Below the pieces are notes generated by a model, which did not search any database, had not been told where the DNA came from, and saw nothing but the letters and a program-made list of their open reading frames with translations. This document shows, in pieces, positions 47,729 to 58,417 of a DNA stretch of 64,000 bases. A program made the translations under genes and the position numbers. The stretch comes from Eubacteriales bacterium. GTDB lineage: Bacteria; Bacillota; Clostridia; Oscillospirales; JAAYXM01. Position 1 is the stretch's first letter. The number at the start of each line of letters is the position of its first letter. The stretch is from positions 245 through 64,244 of the forward strand of contig JAZRPO010000006.1 of assembly GCA_045649265.1 (NCBI GenBank), written 5' to 3'.

Positions 47729-48622
47729 ATGAATAACGAACTTATTACTGCATTAAAAGACATAAAAAACATTCGTTTTTCCGAAAACGAACCGATGTCT
47801 AAGCACACAACCTTCAAAATAGGCGGTCCCGCACGGCTTTACATTGAGATTTCAGAATCTTCTGCCGTTACGGAAGTAATTCCCCTTATCAAAAGCTATG
47901 GGATTTCTCCGGTAATAATCGGCAACGGCAGTAACCTCCTTTTTCCTGACGAAGGCATCGACGGCGTTGTTATAAAGCTCACCTTCAATAAAATCTCAGT
48001 TAACGGAACAAGCCTAATCACAGAGGCGGGTGCTCTGCTTTCCGTTTGCTCGGTCATCGCTTTGAAAAACTCCCTGTCCGGCCTTGAATTCGCACAAGGA
48101 ATCCCGGGAAGCGTCGGTGGTGCGCTTATAATGAATGCCGGCGCATATGGCTCAGAAATAGCAGATTGTCTTGTTTCTTCAACGTATTTGTGCGGTGACA
48201 AGGTTTTTACCCTGTCAGGGAGCGAACATGATTTTTCATATCGGAACAGCTTTTATAAGAAAAACCCTGAGCTTTTAGTTTTATCAGCTGAGTTTTCCCT
48301 TACTCCTTCCCAACATGAGGAGATTAGCTTGAAAATGCGCGACTTTGCTTCCCGCAGGCGCGAAAAGCAGCCTTTGGAGCTTCCGAGCGCCGGAAGTGTT
48401 TTCAAGCGGCCTCAGGGACATTTTGCAGGAGCTCTCATCGAGCAATGCAACTTAAAGGGATATTCAATCGGTGGTGCTGAAGTTTCAAAAAAGCACGCAG
48501 GTTTTATTGTAAATCGTGGCGAGGCAACAGCAAATGACGTTAAAAGCCTTATTTATCACATTCAAGAAACCGTACTCAAAGAAACCGGAGTTTCTCTTGA
48601 ATGTGAAATTTGCATACTTTAG
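47729..48622 (+). CDS. murB: UDP-N-acetylenolpyruvoylglucosamine reductase
   Basis: FKIGGPA FAD-binding start, GNGSNLL, the SAGSVFKRP motif and a MurB C-domain. Confidence 0.9.
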   Translation: MNNELITALKDIKNIRFSENEPMSKHTTFKIGGPARLYIEISESSAVTEVIPLIKSYGISPVIIGNGSNLLFPDEGIDGVVIKLTFNKISVNGTSLITEAGALLSVCSVIALKNSLSGLEFAQGIPGSVGGALIMNAGAYGSEIADCLVSSTYLCGDKVFTLSGSEHDFSYRNSFYKKNPELLVLSAEFSLTPSQHEEISLKMRDFASRRREKQPLELPSAGSVFKRPQGHFAGALIEQCNLKGYSIGGAEVSKKHAGFIVNRGEATANDVKSLIYHIQETVLKETGVSLECEICIL

Positions 48623-48633
48623 GGGGTAAAAAC

Positions 48634-49494
48634 ATGGATTTCTTTATCATATCAGGAATGTCGGGAGCCGGAAAGAGCCGTGCAGCTGCCGTTTTTGAGG
48701 ACCTTGGATTCTACTGTGTTGATAATATGCCTCCGGAATTAATTCCAACCTTTGTGGAAATGTGCATAGCTGCAAACAGCCGTTTTTCTCACGTTGCGCT
48801 CGTCACAGATATCCGTGCGGGTGTTGATTTTTCTGCGCTTTTTACGACGCTTGATAACATAAAAAAATCCAACTGTAATTATAAAATTATTTTCTTCGAA
48901 GCATCTACGAACACTATTATTCAGAGATATAAAGAAACAAGGCGGCGTCACCCTCTCTTTTCCGAGGGAACGCCCATTGAAAAAACTATTGAAAAAGAAA
49001 TGGAAATGCTGGCGGATGTTCGTGCTCGCGCGGATTATATTGTTGATACTACCTCTCTTACAGCGACAAACCTTCGCGAATATATGCTTGGTTTTCTTGA
49101 CGCAAACGAACTCCGTGACCAGTCAATGATTATCAATGTTTCATCCTTTGGTTTTAAACACGGGCTTCCTCTTGACGCTGATCTGGTATTTGATGTCAGG
49201 TTTTTGCCTAATCCTTATTACGATCTTTCTTTGCGCCAGAAAACAGGGCTGGATGAAGCTGTTCGTGACTATGTTATGAAGTGGCAGCAAACAAAGGATT
49301 TTCTCGAACACCTTTACAACATAATTGACTTTCTCCTTCCTCAATATATCGAAGAAGGAAAAACAGCGCTCAATATTGCAATAGGCTGTACCGGTGGCAG
49401 ACACAGATCTGTCGCTCTTGCAGAAGAACTTGGAAACCACATCTCCTCTCTCGGTTACAAGTGCTTAAAAATGCACAGAGATTTTCTACGTTAG
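48634..49494 (+). CDS. rapZ: RNase adapter protein RapZ (YvcJ)
   Basis: ISGMSGAGKS Walker A, C-terminal GCTGGRHRSV motif. Confidence 0.9.
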   Translation: MDFFIISGMSGAGKSRAAAVFEDLGFYCVDNMPPELIPTFVEMCIAANSRFSHVALVTDIRAGVDFSALFTTLDNIKKSNCNYKIIFFEASTNTIIQRYKETRRRHPLFSEGTPIEKTIEKEMEMLADVRARADYIVDTTSLTATNLREYMLGFLDANELRDQSMIINVSSFGFKHGLPLDADLVFDVRFLPNPYYDLSLRQKTGLDEAVRDYVMKWQQTKDFLEHLYNIIDFLLPQYIEEGKTALNIAIGCTGGRHRSVALAEELGNHISSLGYKCLKMHRDFLR

Positions 49495-49506
49495 AAAGGT
49501 GATAAT

Positions 49507-50427
49507 ATGACTTTTTCTGCAAAAATTAAGGAAGAGCTTTCTATTTTGGAAATCAGAAACGCTGACGAAGCACTCGCAGAATGCTGCGGAATTATTCTTT
49601 TTGCAAATACAACCAGAAATAATAAAATCAAGATTGTAACAGAAAATAAAAATGTTTTTGCAAGAGCTTCTCGCCTTTTGAAAAGCTTATTTGCTTTTGA
49701 TTTTGACAAAAAAATCATTCCCGAAGCATCTCTTAAAAAATTCAATCTGATTGTTGAGAATCCCGCCAAAATAGCTGAAATCTTCGGTGCTTTCGGTATC
49801 AATGCGGACGGAACCCTTTCTCTTCACCTCAACGGTGCTCTTGTTGAAACAGACGAAGCCCGCGCTGCTTTTTGCAGAGGTGCTTTTCTTGCAGGTGGCT
49901 CGGTTTCTGACCCGTCCTCACGGTATCATTTAGAGCTTGTTACTTCACATTCGGCCCTGAGCCGTGAGGTTGTTTCACTTCTTCTTGACCTTGACCTTCC
50001 TGCAAAGCTTGCAACACGAAAGTCGAACAATATTATTTACCTCAAAGAGAGCGGTCACATTGAAGATTTTCTCACTCGAATCGGCGCGCCTCTTTGCGCT
50101 CTTGAGCTCATGCAGACAAAGCTTGTTAAGGATGTACGGAACAACATTAACAGACAGGTTAATTTTGAAGTCGCAAACCTCTCAAAAACGGCTGATGCGG
50201 CAAAAAACCACATCGCCGCAATTAAAAAACTTCAGGATCTTGGTGTTCTTGACACGCTTTCTTCTCAGCTTCAAACAGCAGCGAATTTAAGGCTCTCCAA
50301 TCCTGAAATCTCTCTTTCTGAGCTTGCAAAGCTTTCTGAAGACGGAGTCGGAAAATCCGGGCTTAATCACCGTTTAAACAAACTTGTTTCATTGGCAGAA
50401 GAACTAACTACAAGAAAGGATTCATAA
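49507..50427 (+). CDS. whiA: DNA-binding protein WhiA
   Basis: MTFSAKIKEEL start, LAGLIDADG-derived middle domain, C-terminal HTH (SKSGLNHRLNKL). Confidence 0.9.
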   Translation: MTFSAKIKEELSILEIRNADEALAECCGIILFANTTRNNKIKIVTENKNVFARASRLLKSLFAFDFDKKIIPEASLKKFNLIVENPAKIAEIFGAFGINADGTLSLHLNGALVETDEARAAFCRGAFLAGGSVSDPSSRYHLELVTSHSALSREVVSLLLDLDLPAKLATRKSNNIIYLKESGHIEDFLTRIGAPLCALELMQTKLVKDVRNNINRQVNFEVANLSKTADAAKNHIAAIKKLQDLGVLDTLSSQLQTAANLRLSNPEISLSELAKLSEDGVGKSGLNHRLNKLVSLAEELTTRKDS

Positions 50428-50431
50428 TCTG

Positions 50432-53400
50432 ATGAGTAGATTTGCACATCTTCATCTACATACTGAATATAGTCTTTTAGACGGGGCATGCAGAATCAAC
50501 AAGGTTTGTGAACGTGCAAAAGAGCTAGGCCAACCTGCCATTGCGATAACTGACCACGGAGTTATGTACGGTGTCATCGACTTTTACCGCGCAGCAAAAG
50601 CAGCAGGTATCAAGCCTATTATCGGCTGTGAAGTTTATATGGCTCCTCGCTCGATGTTTGATAAGGATTATTCTTCTGACCGCGAGCCTGCCCACCTTGT
50701 TCTACTATGCAAAAATGAGACAGGCTATAAAAATCTCATACACCTCGTAAGCAGAGCTTTCATTGACGGCTTTTACGGCAAACCGAGAATTGACCTTGAA
50801 ATCCTCAAAAATCATTCCGAAGGTTTGATTTGCCTTTCTGCATGTCTTGCCGGAACCATCCCGAGGCTGATTCTTCGTGGTGATGTTGAAGGCGCAAAAG
50901 AGCACGCAAAAGCTCTTAATGAAATTTTCGGCAATGATAACTTCTATCTGGAAATCCAAGACCATGGAATTGAAGAACAAAAAGAAGTGAACCGCGAGAT
51001 TATTAAATTTTCCGAAGAGCTTAATATCCCGCTTGTAGCTACAAACGATGCACACTATATAACTCGCGAAGATGCATATACTCAAGACGTTCTAATGTGT
51101 GTTCAGATGAACAAAACCTTAAACGACACATCACGCATGAAGTTTGCAACAGATGAGTTCTATCTTAAAAGCGAAGATGAAATGGCAGAGCTGTTCCCTT
51201 CTCATCCTGAGGCTCTTGAAAACACCATTAAAATTGCAGATATGTGTAACCTCGAATTCGAATTCGGAAACCATCATCTCCCACAATATGACACTCCTCC
51301 AGAGTTTTCAAGCTCTTTTGAATATCTGAAAAAACTCACATCTGATGGATTTGAACGCCGTTATCCTGATGCACCTGCCTCATACAGAGAACGGCTTGAA
51401 TATGAGCTTAATATGATTTCCCGAATGGGATATGTTGATTATTTTCTCATTGTTTGGGACTTTATTTCGTATGCCCGTTCACAGGATATTCCTGTCGGCC
51501 CCGGCCGAGGTAGCGCCGCAGGAAGCATTGTTTCATACTGCCTTGAAATTACCAATATCGACCCGATGAAATACAACCTGTATTTTGAGCGATTTCTGAA
51601 CCCTGAAAGAATAAGCATGCCTGATATTGACGTGGATTTTTGTCAGGAGCGAAGGCAGGAGGTTATTGACTATGTCGTCAGAAAGTACGGTTCAGACCGC
51701 GTAGCACAGATTGTCACATTCGGAACTATGGCTGCAAAGGGCGCAATACGTGATGTTGCACGAGTTATGAGTCTTCCCTACGCCGAAGCCGATGCAATCG
51801 CAAAAAGCGTTCCAAATGAGCTTCATATGACTCTCAATAAGGCGCTTGAAATTTCAAAGCCTTTCCGGGATTATTACGAAGCTGACGAGCGATACAAAAA
51901 GCTTATTGACACCGCCGTTGCGCTCGAAGGTATGCCGCGCCATGCCTCTACGCATGCGGCAGGCGTTGTTATAACCAAAAACGAAGTTTCTTCATATGTT
52001 CCCCTATCCGCAAACGACGAATCAATAGTTACACAGTTTACAATGGTCACTCTCGAAGAGCTTGGGCTTTTAAAAATGGATTTTCTCGGGCTGCGTAACC
52101 TTACTGTTCTCCACGATGCTGAAAACTTAGTCCGCATTCACACTCCCGATTTCTCAGTTTCGGATATTCCTGATAATGATGAGCTTACTTTCTCCGAATT
52201 GTCACAGGGACACACAGCAGGAGTCTTTCAGCTTGAAAGTCAAGGTATGACTTCCGTTGTTGTCGGCATGAAACCACAGTCAATTGAAGATATAACAGCA
52301 ATCGTTGCTCTCTACCGCCCCGGACCTATGGATTCGATTCCTCACTATATAAGCTCAAAGCAAAATCCCGGAAACATAAAATATCTCCATCCGATGCTCA
52401 AAGATATACTTGAAATAACATACGGTTGCATAGTATACCAAGAGCAAGTTATGGATATATTCAGAAAAGTAGCCGGATTTTCTCTTGGCCGCGCAGATAT
52501 GGTTCGCCGTGCAATTTCAAAGAAAAAGGAAAAGGATCTTCTTCGCGAACGCAAGAATTTTATTTTCGGAAATTCCGAAGAAGGTATTCCCGGTGCAATT
52601 AATAACGGAATTCCCGAAGAAACCGCAAATAAAATTTTTGATGAAATAGTTGCTTTCGCAAACTATGCCTTTAACAAAGCTCATGCAGCGTCATATGCGG
52701 TAGTCTCATATCAGACTGCATATATGAAATTTCATTATCCGAGAGAATACATGGCGGCCCTTCTGACCTCTGTTCTCGATTCTACCGACAAGCTTGCCTC
52801 ATACTTTGAACTGTGCCGTGAGATGGGAATTTCAGTTTTACCGCCTGATATCAATGAATCTGAAGATACTTTCACGGTAAGCGGAGAAAATATTCGTTTT
52901 GGGCTTGCTGCTGTTAAGAGTGTTGGTCGTGACTTTGTTCGGGCTATTTCGGAAGAACGCTCATTTGCAGGTAACTTCCGGTCACTGCGTGATTTTTGCA
53001 AGCGTATGCAAAACAAGGGGCTTAACCGTCGCGCACTTGAAAACCTCATTAAATGTGGCGCGTTTGACAGCACCGGTGCAAACCGTGCACAGCTTCTCAA
53101 CATTTACGATAGTATTTTGACGGGAATTTCATACACTAAAAGCAGAAACCTTGATGGGCAATTTGACCTTTTCTCGCTTGACTCTTCTGAGGAAAAGATA
53201 ACCTATAATGAAGATTTGCTTCCCGATATTCCCGAATATCCAAAACAAACCATACTTTCCTTTGAAAAAGACACGCTTGGCATCTATCTTTCAGGGCATC
53301 CTCTTGATGATTATTCAGGCCTTTTAAAAAGGCTTGCTGTCGAAAAGCTTTCTGATTGCATAATTCCTGACAAACACGATGACGGTGACTCTGTTTTTGT

Positions 53401-53893
53401 AGCCGGCTGTGTTTCCTCAATAAAGCTGAAAACGACTAAAAACAACTCATTGATGGCATACATGACGCTTGAAGGTCCTGTTAATTCTTTGGAATGCATA
53501 ATCTTCCCGAAGGTTCTTGAAAAATATCAGCCACTTCTCAGTGAGAATGCCATTGTGACCGTTCGCGCGAGAATAAATTTCCGAGAAGACTCTTCCCCGC
53601 AGCTTATCTGTGACGAAATACGCTCAATCAATGAATACAATAACATTGATGCAGATGCTTCTCAAACAAAAAAACGCCTTTATATAAGGCTTTCTGATGA
53701 GGAGTGTGAAAATGCAAAAGCGGTCCGCGCTATTATCTCAGCCTTTCCGGGAGAGCTTGAAACAATACTTTTCTATGAAGATAGCAAAAAACGGATGAGA
53801 ACGCATACTTCAGATGAAATAGCTCTCCTTACCCGTTTAAAAGAGATTCTCGGAAGCGATAATGTCGTTTTAAAGGATTCTGTTTCGCGATAA
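50432..53893 (+). CDS. dnaE: DNA polymerase III alpha subunit (DnaE type)
   Basis: PHP domain HLHLHTEYSLLDG, polymerase core, OB-fold. 1153 aa. Confidence 0.95.
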   Translation: MSRFAHLHLHTEYSLLDGACRINKVCERAKELGQPAIAITDHGVMYGVIDFYRAAKAAGIKPIIGCEVYMAPRSMFDKDYSSDREPAHLVLLCKNETGYKNLIHLVSRAFIDGFYGKPRIDLEILKNHSEGLICLSACLAGTIPRLILRGDVEGAKEHAKALNEIFGNDNFYLEIQDHGIEEQKEVNREIIKFSEELNIPLVATNDAHYITREDAYTQDVLMCVQMNKTLNDTSRMKFATDEFYLKSEDEMAELFPSHPEALENTIKIADMCNLEFEFGNHHLPQYDTPPEFSSSFEYLKKLTSDGFERRYPDAPASYRERLEYELNMISRMGYVDYFLIVWDFISYARSQDIPVGPGRGSAAGSIVSYCLEITNIDPMKYNLYFERFLNPERISMPDIDVDFCQERRQEVIDYVVRKYGSDRVAQIVTFGTMAAKGAIRDVARVMSLPYAEADAIAKSVPNELHMTLNKALEISKPFRDYYEADERYKKLIDTAVALEGMPRHASTHAAGVVITKNEVSSYVPLSANDESIVTQFTMVTLEELGLLKMDFLGLRNLTVLHDAENLVRIHTPDFSVSDIPDNDELTFSELSQGHTAGVFQLESQGMTSVVVGMKPQSIEDITAIVALYRPGPMDSIPHYISSKQNPGNIKYLHPMLKDILEITYGCIVYQEQVMDIFRKVAGFSLGRADMVRRAISKKKEKDLLRERKNFIFGNSEEGIPGAINNGIPEETANKIFDEIVAFANYAFNKAHAASYAVVSYQTAYMKFHYPREYMAALLTSVLDSTDKLASYFELCREMGISVLPPDINESEDTFTVSGENIRFGLAAVKSVGRDFVRAISEERSFAGNFRSLRDFCKRMQNKGLNRRALENLIKCGAFDSTGANRAQLLNIYDSILTGISYTKSRNLDGQFDLFSLDSSEEKITYNEDLLPDIPEYPKQTILSFEKDTLGIYLSGHPLDDYSGLLKRLAVEKLSDCIIPDKHDDGDSVFVAGCVSSIKLKTTKNNSLMAYMTLEGPVNSLECIIFPKVLEKYQPLLSENAIVTVRARINFREDSSPQLICDEIRSINEYNNIDADASQTKKRLYIRLSDEECENAKAVRAIISAFPGELETILFYEDSKKRMRTHTSDEIALLTRLKEILGSDNVVLKDSVSR

Positions 53894-53975
53894 TCCCCTT
53901 CTGCTAATTTTGCTTTTTACGTACACACGGATAATTATTACTACATTTTAAAACTTTTTGAAAGGTTGATTTTCA

Positions 53976-54947
53976 ATGTCTGCCATAAAAACGATTGGGG
54001 TCCTTACAAGTGGAGGCGATGCCCCCGGAATGAATGCTGCAATACGCGCTGTTGCAAGAGCTGCTGCATATCACGGCATTACATGTCTTGGTATCCGCCG
54101 CGGATACAATGGGCTTATCAACGGAGATGTCGTTGAACTTAATGCACGAAGCGTTAACGGCATTATCTCAAAAGGCGGAACAATGCTTTTTACTGCGCGT
54201 TGTCCGGAATTCGTTACAGAAACCGGGTTTGAAAAAGCTGTTTCTACATGCAAATATCTCGGACTTGACGGAATTGTTACTATCGGTGGGGACGGTACTT
54301 TCAGAGGCGCGCGTGACTTGGCAAATCGCGGAATCCATACAATCGGAGTTCCCGCCACAATTGATAATGACATATCCTCCACACAATACAGCATAGGCTT
54401 TGACACAGCTTGCAATACAGCTCTTGACGCAATCGACAAGCTACGCGACACGATGCAATCGCACGAGCGTTGCTCTGTTGTTGAGGTTATGGGCCACAAC
54501 GCCGGACACCTCGCGCTTCACGTCGGTATTGCGTGCGGTGCTCAGGCTGTTCTCGTTCCCGAAAAGCCATTTGATTTTCAACGTGATGTTGTTGAAAAAA
54601 TTCGTGCAGGTAGAATCAACAAACGTTCTCACTACATCATTATCCAGGCCGAAGGCGTTGGAAATTCCATTGAGATTACAAATCGAATAATCGAAGAAAC
54701 CGGAATAGATACAAGACTTACGATTCTCGGGCATATTCAGCGAGGAGGGAGCCCGACTGCACGAGACCGTGTTATGGCAAGCCGTTTTGGTGCATATGCC
54801 GTTCAAACCCTTTTAGCCGGCGAAACCAATCGCGTTGTCTGCTTGAATAACGGCGAAATTTGCAACATCGATATAAACAAAGCACTTGAAATGAAAAGGG
54901 ACATTCAGGAAGATATGTATTTGACATCAAAAATCATGTCTATATGA
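53976..54947 (+). CDS. pfkA: ATP-dependent 6-phosphofructokinase
   Basis: GVLTSGGDAPGMNAAIR, IGGDGT, PATIDND, MGHNAG motifs. Confidence 0.95.
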   Translation: MSAIKTIGVLTSGGDAPGMNAAIRAVARAAAYHGITCLGIRRGYNGLINGDVVELNARSVNGIISKGGTMLFTARCPEFVTETGFEKAVSTCKYLGLDGIVTIGGDGTFRGARDLANRGIHTIGVPATIDNDISSTQYSIGFDTACNTALDAIDKLRDTMQSHERCSVVEVMGHNAGHLALHVGIACGAQAVLVPEKPFDFQRDVVEKIRAGRINKRSHYIIIQAEGVGNSIEITNRIIEETGIDTRLTILGHIQRGGSPTARDRVMASRFGAYAVQTLLAGETNRVVCLNNGEICNIDINKALEMKRDIQEDMYLTSKIMSI

Positions 54948-54952
54948 GAGAA

Positions 54953-54995
54953 ACGAAAAAAGGCTCGCAATCCGTCAGGATTGCGAGTCTTTCTA
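54953..54995. terminator. Bidirectional intrinsic terminator
   Basis: CTCGCAATCC (54964-54973), loop GTCA, GGATTGCGAG (54978-54987), flanked by an A-run and a T-rich run. Confidence 0.7.
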
Positions 54996-55001
54996 TTGAT
55001 T

Positions 55002-55487
55002 TTATTCTTCTGTATCAGCAGTATTTGTTTTTACAACCGCAGTCTTAAATTGCTTTCTGGATTCTCTTGTTTCATTCAACGCCTGCTCAATAACTGATTC
55101 AAGCCTGCGAAGAGTATCCTCTGCATAATCATTTGCGGCACGGCGAAGCTCTTTTGACTTTGTCTCGGCAACAGCCATAATCTCACTTGCCTTTTGTTTT
55201 GAAGTGAGCGTAATTTCCTCCTCTGAAATCATATGGAGGGCACGCTCCTCCGCAGCGGCCTTGATAGCTTCTGCTTCTCTTTTTGCCGCAGCAAGAATCT
55301 CGTTTCTGCTGTCCACAATCGTTCTTGCCTGTTCAATATCTTTTGGAAGATTAACCCGAATCTCATCAATGAGGTCAAGAACCTTTTCCCTTTCAAGAAG
55401 ACACTTTTCAGCTCCAAAAGGAAGTGCCCAAGCCTCAGACACCATATCATAAAGCATATTTACCAATTCATCAATTCCACTTGCCAT
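55002..55487 (-). CDS. Coiled-coil hypothetical protein (ATPase-stalk/subunit-H-like low-complexity helices)
   Basis: 161 aa, rich in E/A/K/R heptad-like helices. The start overlaps the coaD stop by 1 nt (TAATG), implying co-translation with coaD. Confidence 0.45.
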   Translation of the reverse strand: MASGIDELVNMLYDMVSEAWALPFGAEKCLLEREKVLDLIDEIRVNLPKDIEQARTIVDSRNEILAAAKREAEAIKAAAEERALHMISEEEITLTSKQKASEIMAVAETKSKELRRAANDYAEDTLRRLESVIEQALNETRESRKQFKTAVVKTNTADTEE

Positions 55488-55978
55488 TATTTCCCGTCTC
55501 CCCTCATAAACTTTTTTCTTACATCCTCAAGAATTTTTTCATCAACAAAAGCTGAAATATCGCCGCCCAAAGAACAAACTTCTTTAACAATACTTGACGA
55601 AAGATAAAGATTTTCCTCCGATGTCGGCAAAAACAAGGTTTCGAGCTTTGGATTAAGCTTTCTGTTGATAAGGGCCATCTGAAATTCGCTTTCAAAATCG
55701 CTGACAGCTCGAAGCCCTTTTATAATAACGCAATCACCAACGGATTTTACCCACTCCGCAAGCAAAGCATCAGATAATCGGATTTCAACGTTTCTGAATT
55801 TTTTTGTGCATCTTAAAAGAAATTCACTTCTTTCTTCTAAGGAAAACGCCGGTTTCTTTTTGCCGTTAACCATAACAACGACGACCACTTTGTCAAAAAT
55901 TTCTGATGCTCTCTCTATAATGTCGAGGTGCCCTTTTGTGACCGGGTCAAAGCTACCGGGATATACTGCAATTTTCAT
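55487..55978 (-). CDS. coaD: Phosphopantetheine adenylyltransferase
   Basis: AVYPGSFDPVTKGHLDI signature. Confidence 0.95.
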   Translation of the reverse strand: MKIAVYPGSFDPVTKGHLDIIERASEIFDKVVVVVMVNGKKKPAFSLEERSEFLLRCTKKFRNVEIRLSDALLAEWVKSVGDCVIIKGLRAVSDFESEFQMALINRKLNPKLETLFLPTSEENLYLSSSIVKEVCSLGGDISAFVDEKILEDVRKKFMRGDGK

Positions 55979-55983
55979 ATCTA

Positions 55984-56535
55984 TTACCCCTCAAACGGTG
56001 TGTTGCGTATTACCGTGAGCTTAATCGTGCCATATTTATACTCTTTAAACGAATAACACTCCGGCAAAATTTTCGCAACATCGGTGGCAGCATCTGTCTC
56101 ACAGATTATTATACCATTTTCTGATAATATGTCAAATTTATTGATCCTTTCAAGCGCAGAGGCAAGGAGCGAAGCTTTATATGGCGGATCTAAAAATATT
56201 ACATCATATTTCGCGCCTTTTGTCAATACTTCTGAAAAATCACAGTTGTGAATACTTATCGTATCCTCAAAGCCACACTTTTTTACGTTTTCCCTGATAA
56301 CCGACACCGCAGCCTTTGAGATGTCAACTGCAACAGCCCACCTTGCGCCGCGGCTGATAGCTTCAATAGCGAGCTGACCGCTGCCCGAGAAGAGGTCAAG
56401 CACACGTTTGCCGGCTATCTCAAACTGAATTATGTTAAAAATCGAACCCTTGACTTTATCTGTTGTCGGGCGAGTAGCTTCGCCTTCAAGTGTTTTCAGA
56501 ACTCTCCCTCGAGCGCTTCCTGCAATAACGCGCAT
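55984..56535 (-). CDS. rsmD: 16S rRNA (guanine966-N2)-methyltransferase RsmD
   Basis: MRVIAGSARGR start, DLFSGSGQL SAM motif, DPPY. Confidence 0.9.
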   Translation of the reverse strand: MRVIAGSARGRVLKTLEGEATRPTTDKVKGSIFNIIQFEIAGKRVLDLFSGSGQLAIEAISRGARWAVAVDISKAAVSVIRENVKKCGFEDTISIHNCDFSEVLTKGAKYDVIFLDPPYKASLLASALERINKFDILSENGIIICETDAATDVAKILPECYSFKEYKYGTIKLTVIRNTPFEG

Positions 56536-56537
56536 GT

Positions 56538-58355
56538 TTATTCCTCCCCGCCGCGAAAATATTTATAAACACTTACTGCCGTTTTTTCCGGTAAAACAGC
56601 AGCAAGCTCCGGTATTGATGCATTTTTTACTTTATCAATACTCTTGAAGTGCTCAAGGAGCTTAATTGCACGTTTTTTCCCCACACCATCGATTTTCGTC
56701 AATTCGCTTTGTGTCACACTCCTCGCACGAAGCTTTCTGTGATATTCAATAGAGTATCTGTGAACCTCATCCTGGAGCGTTGCAAAAAAACGAAAAACTG
56801 CTTGGTTTCCGGAAATGCCGATTTCTCTCCCTTGTGAATCAATTATCGCACGTGTCATATGCTTATCATCTTTTACGATACCAAAAAGAGGAGCGTTTAT
56901 TTCTGCTTCCCGTAAAAAGCTCAAAACTGCGCGCACCTGACCAATCCCGCCATCAAGAAGAATGAGGTCCGGACAGTTTAAAAACGCTTTGTCTCCGTTT
57001 TTATACCTGAAAAATCGGCGTTTGAGCATCTCTTGCATTGCTCGCGGATCGTCCTGACCTTCAAGCGTTTTAATCTTGAAACGCTTATATTCACGCCGTG
57101 CCGGCGCTCCATTTAAGAATACGACCATCCCGCCCACCATTTCTTTTCCGGCAAAATTTGAAATATCGTATGCCTCAATTCTTTTCGGAAAATCGGGAAG
57201 AGATAGAATTTTCTTTATATCTTCCAGAATTCTTGCATTTTTCTCTTCTTTGTTCGTGGAGGCCACCGACTTTTCTTCGGCGTTTTTATAGGCCATTTGT
57301 ACGAACTTAAGCTTGTCACCACGTTGCGGGCAAATCACGCGCACACGCCTTCCTGAAAGCTCCGAGAGCCATTCTGAAAGCACATCCGGCGAGGAAGGTG
57401 CATATTGCAAATAGATTTGACGAGGTAAAGTACTTCTATCGGAATAATATCGAAGTAAAAATTCTTCTAAAAGCTCTGACAGTTCTCCATAGACGGGAGT
57501 TTCAATCGTCTTTGTTTCGCTTTCAAGCAAAGTACCGTTGATAAAATGAAGAATTGAAAAAAATGTCTTACTTTCCCCTGCATAAAGCGCAAGCACATCG
57601 GTATCCGACATCATACCCGAGATGATTTTCTGTTTTGTTGAAAGTGCATTTATTGAACGGATTTCATCGCGCAGCTTCCCTGCTCGTTCAAATTCAAGGT
57701 TTTCTGCATGCATCAGCATTTTTTCTTCAAGAAGTTCGAGAACATCACTTGTTTTCCCGGAAAGTATCATACATGCCCTTTCAATCCGCTCTCTGTACTC
57801 TTCTTTTGATACGTTTCCTGAGCAAATCGCATCACACTTGCCAATGTGGCTATTAAGGCATGGGCGCCCTTTTCCTATATCACGCGGAAATTTTTTATTG
57901 CATAATGGAAGGTGCAAAAGCTCCGACACGGTTTCGATTGCGCGGCGCGATTGTACCCTTCCTCCATACGGCCCGAAATATTCTGCACCATCATCCGCAA
58001 TCTTTGAGACGATTGAAAACCCGGGATACTCATCCTTAACCGAAAGGCGAATAAACGGATAGCCCTTATCATCTTTAAGAATGATATTATACTTCGGTTT
58101 ATGGCGTTTTATCAGAGAGTTCTCAAGAACAAGTGCTTCAAATTCGGTATCTGTGATTATATAATCAAAATCAAAAATCCGAGAAATCATCATTTTTGTT
58201 TTTGAATTATGAGATGCGTTTGACCTGAAATATGAATTAACTCTGTTATATAACTTTTTTGCCTTGCCAACATAGATGATTTCTTTGTCGGAATTCATCA
58301 TAATATAAACTCCGGGAGATTGCGGCAGCTTTAAAGCCTTCTCTTTAACAGTCAT
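56538..58355 (-). CDS. uvrC: Excinuclease ABC subunit C
   Basis: GIY-YIG (PGVYIM...IYVGKA), UVR domain (FERAGKLRDEI), C-terminal (HhH)2. I prefer the ATG at 58355. Confidence 0.95.
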   Translation of the reverse strand: MTVKEKALKLPQSPGVYIMMNSDKEIIYVGKAKKLYNRVNSYFRSNASHNSKTKMMISRIFDFDYIITDTEFEALVLENSLIKRHKPKYNIILKDDKGYPFIRLSVKDEYPGFSIVSKIADDGAEYFGPYGGRVQSRRAIETVSELLHLPLCNKKFPRDIGKGRPCLNSHIGKCDAICSGNVSKEEYRERIERACMILSGKTSDVLELLEEKMLMHAENLEFERAGKLRDEIRSINALSTKQKIISGMMSDTDVLALYAGESKTFFSILHFINGTLLESETKTIETPVYGELSELLEEFLLRYYSDRSTLPRQIYLQYAPSSPDVLSEWLSELSGRRVRVICPQRGDKLKFVQMAYKNAEEKSVASTNKEEKNARILEDIKKILSLPDFPKRIEAYDISNFAGKEMVGGMVVFLNGAPARREYKRFKIKTLEGQDDPRAMQEMLKRRFFRYKNGDKAFLNCPDLILLDGGIGQVRAVLSFLREAEINAPLFGIVKDDKHMTRAIIDSQGREIGISGNQAVFRFFATLQDEVHRYSIEYHRKLRARSVTQSELTKIDGVGKKRAIKLLEHFKSIDKVKNASIPELAAVLPEKTAVSVYKYFRGGEE

Positions 58356-58417
58356 TTTTTCACCTGCCAATAGCAGTATAGACGGCCAAGAGCCGTCTAT
58401 AACAAAATGCAATTAAA

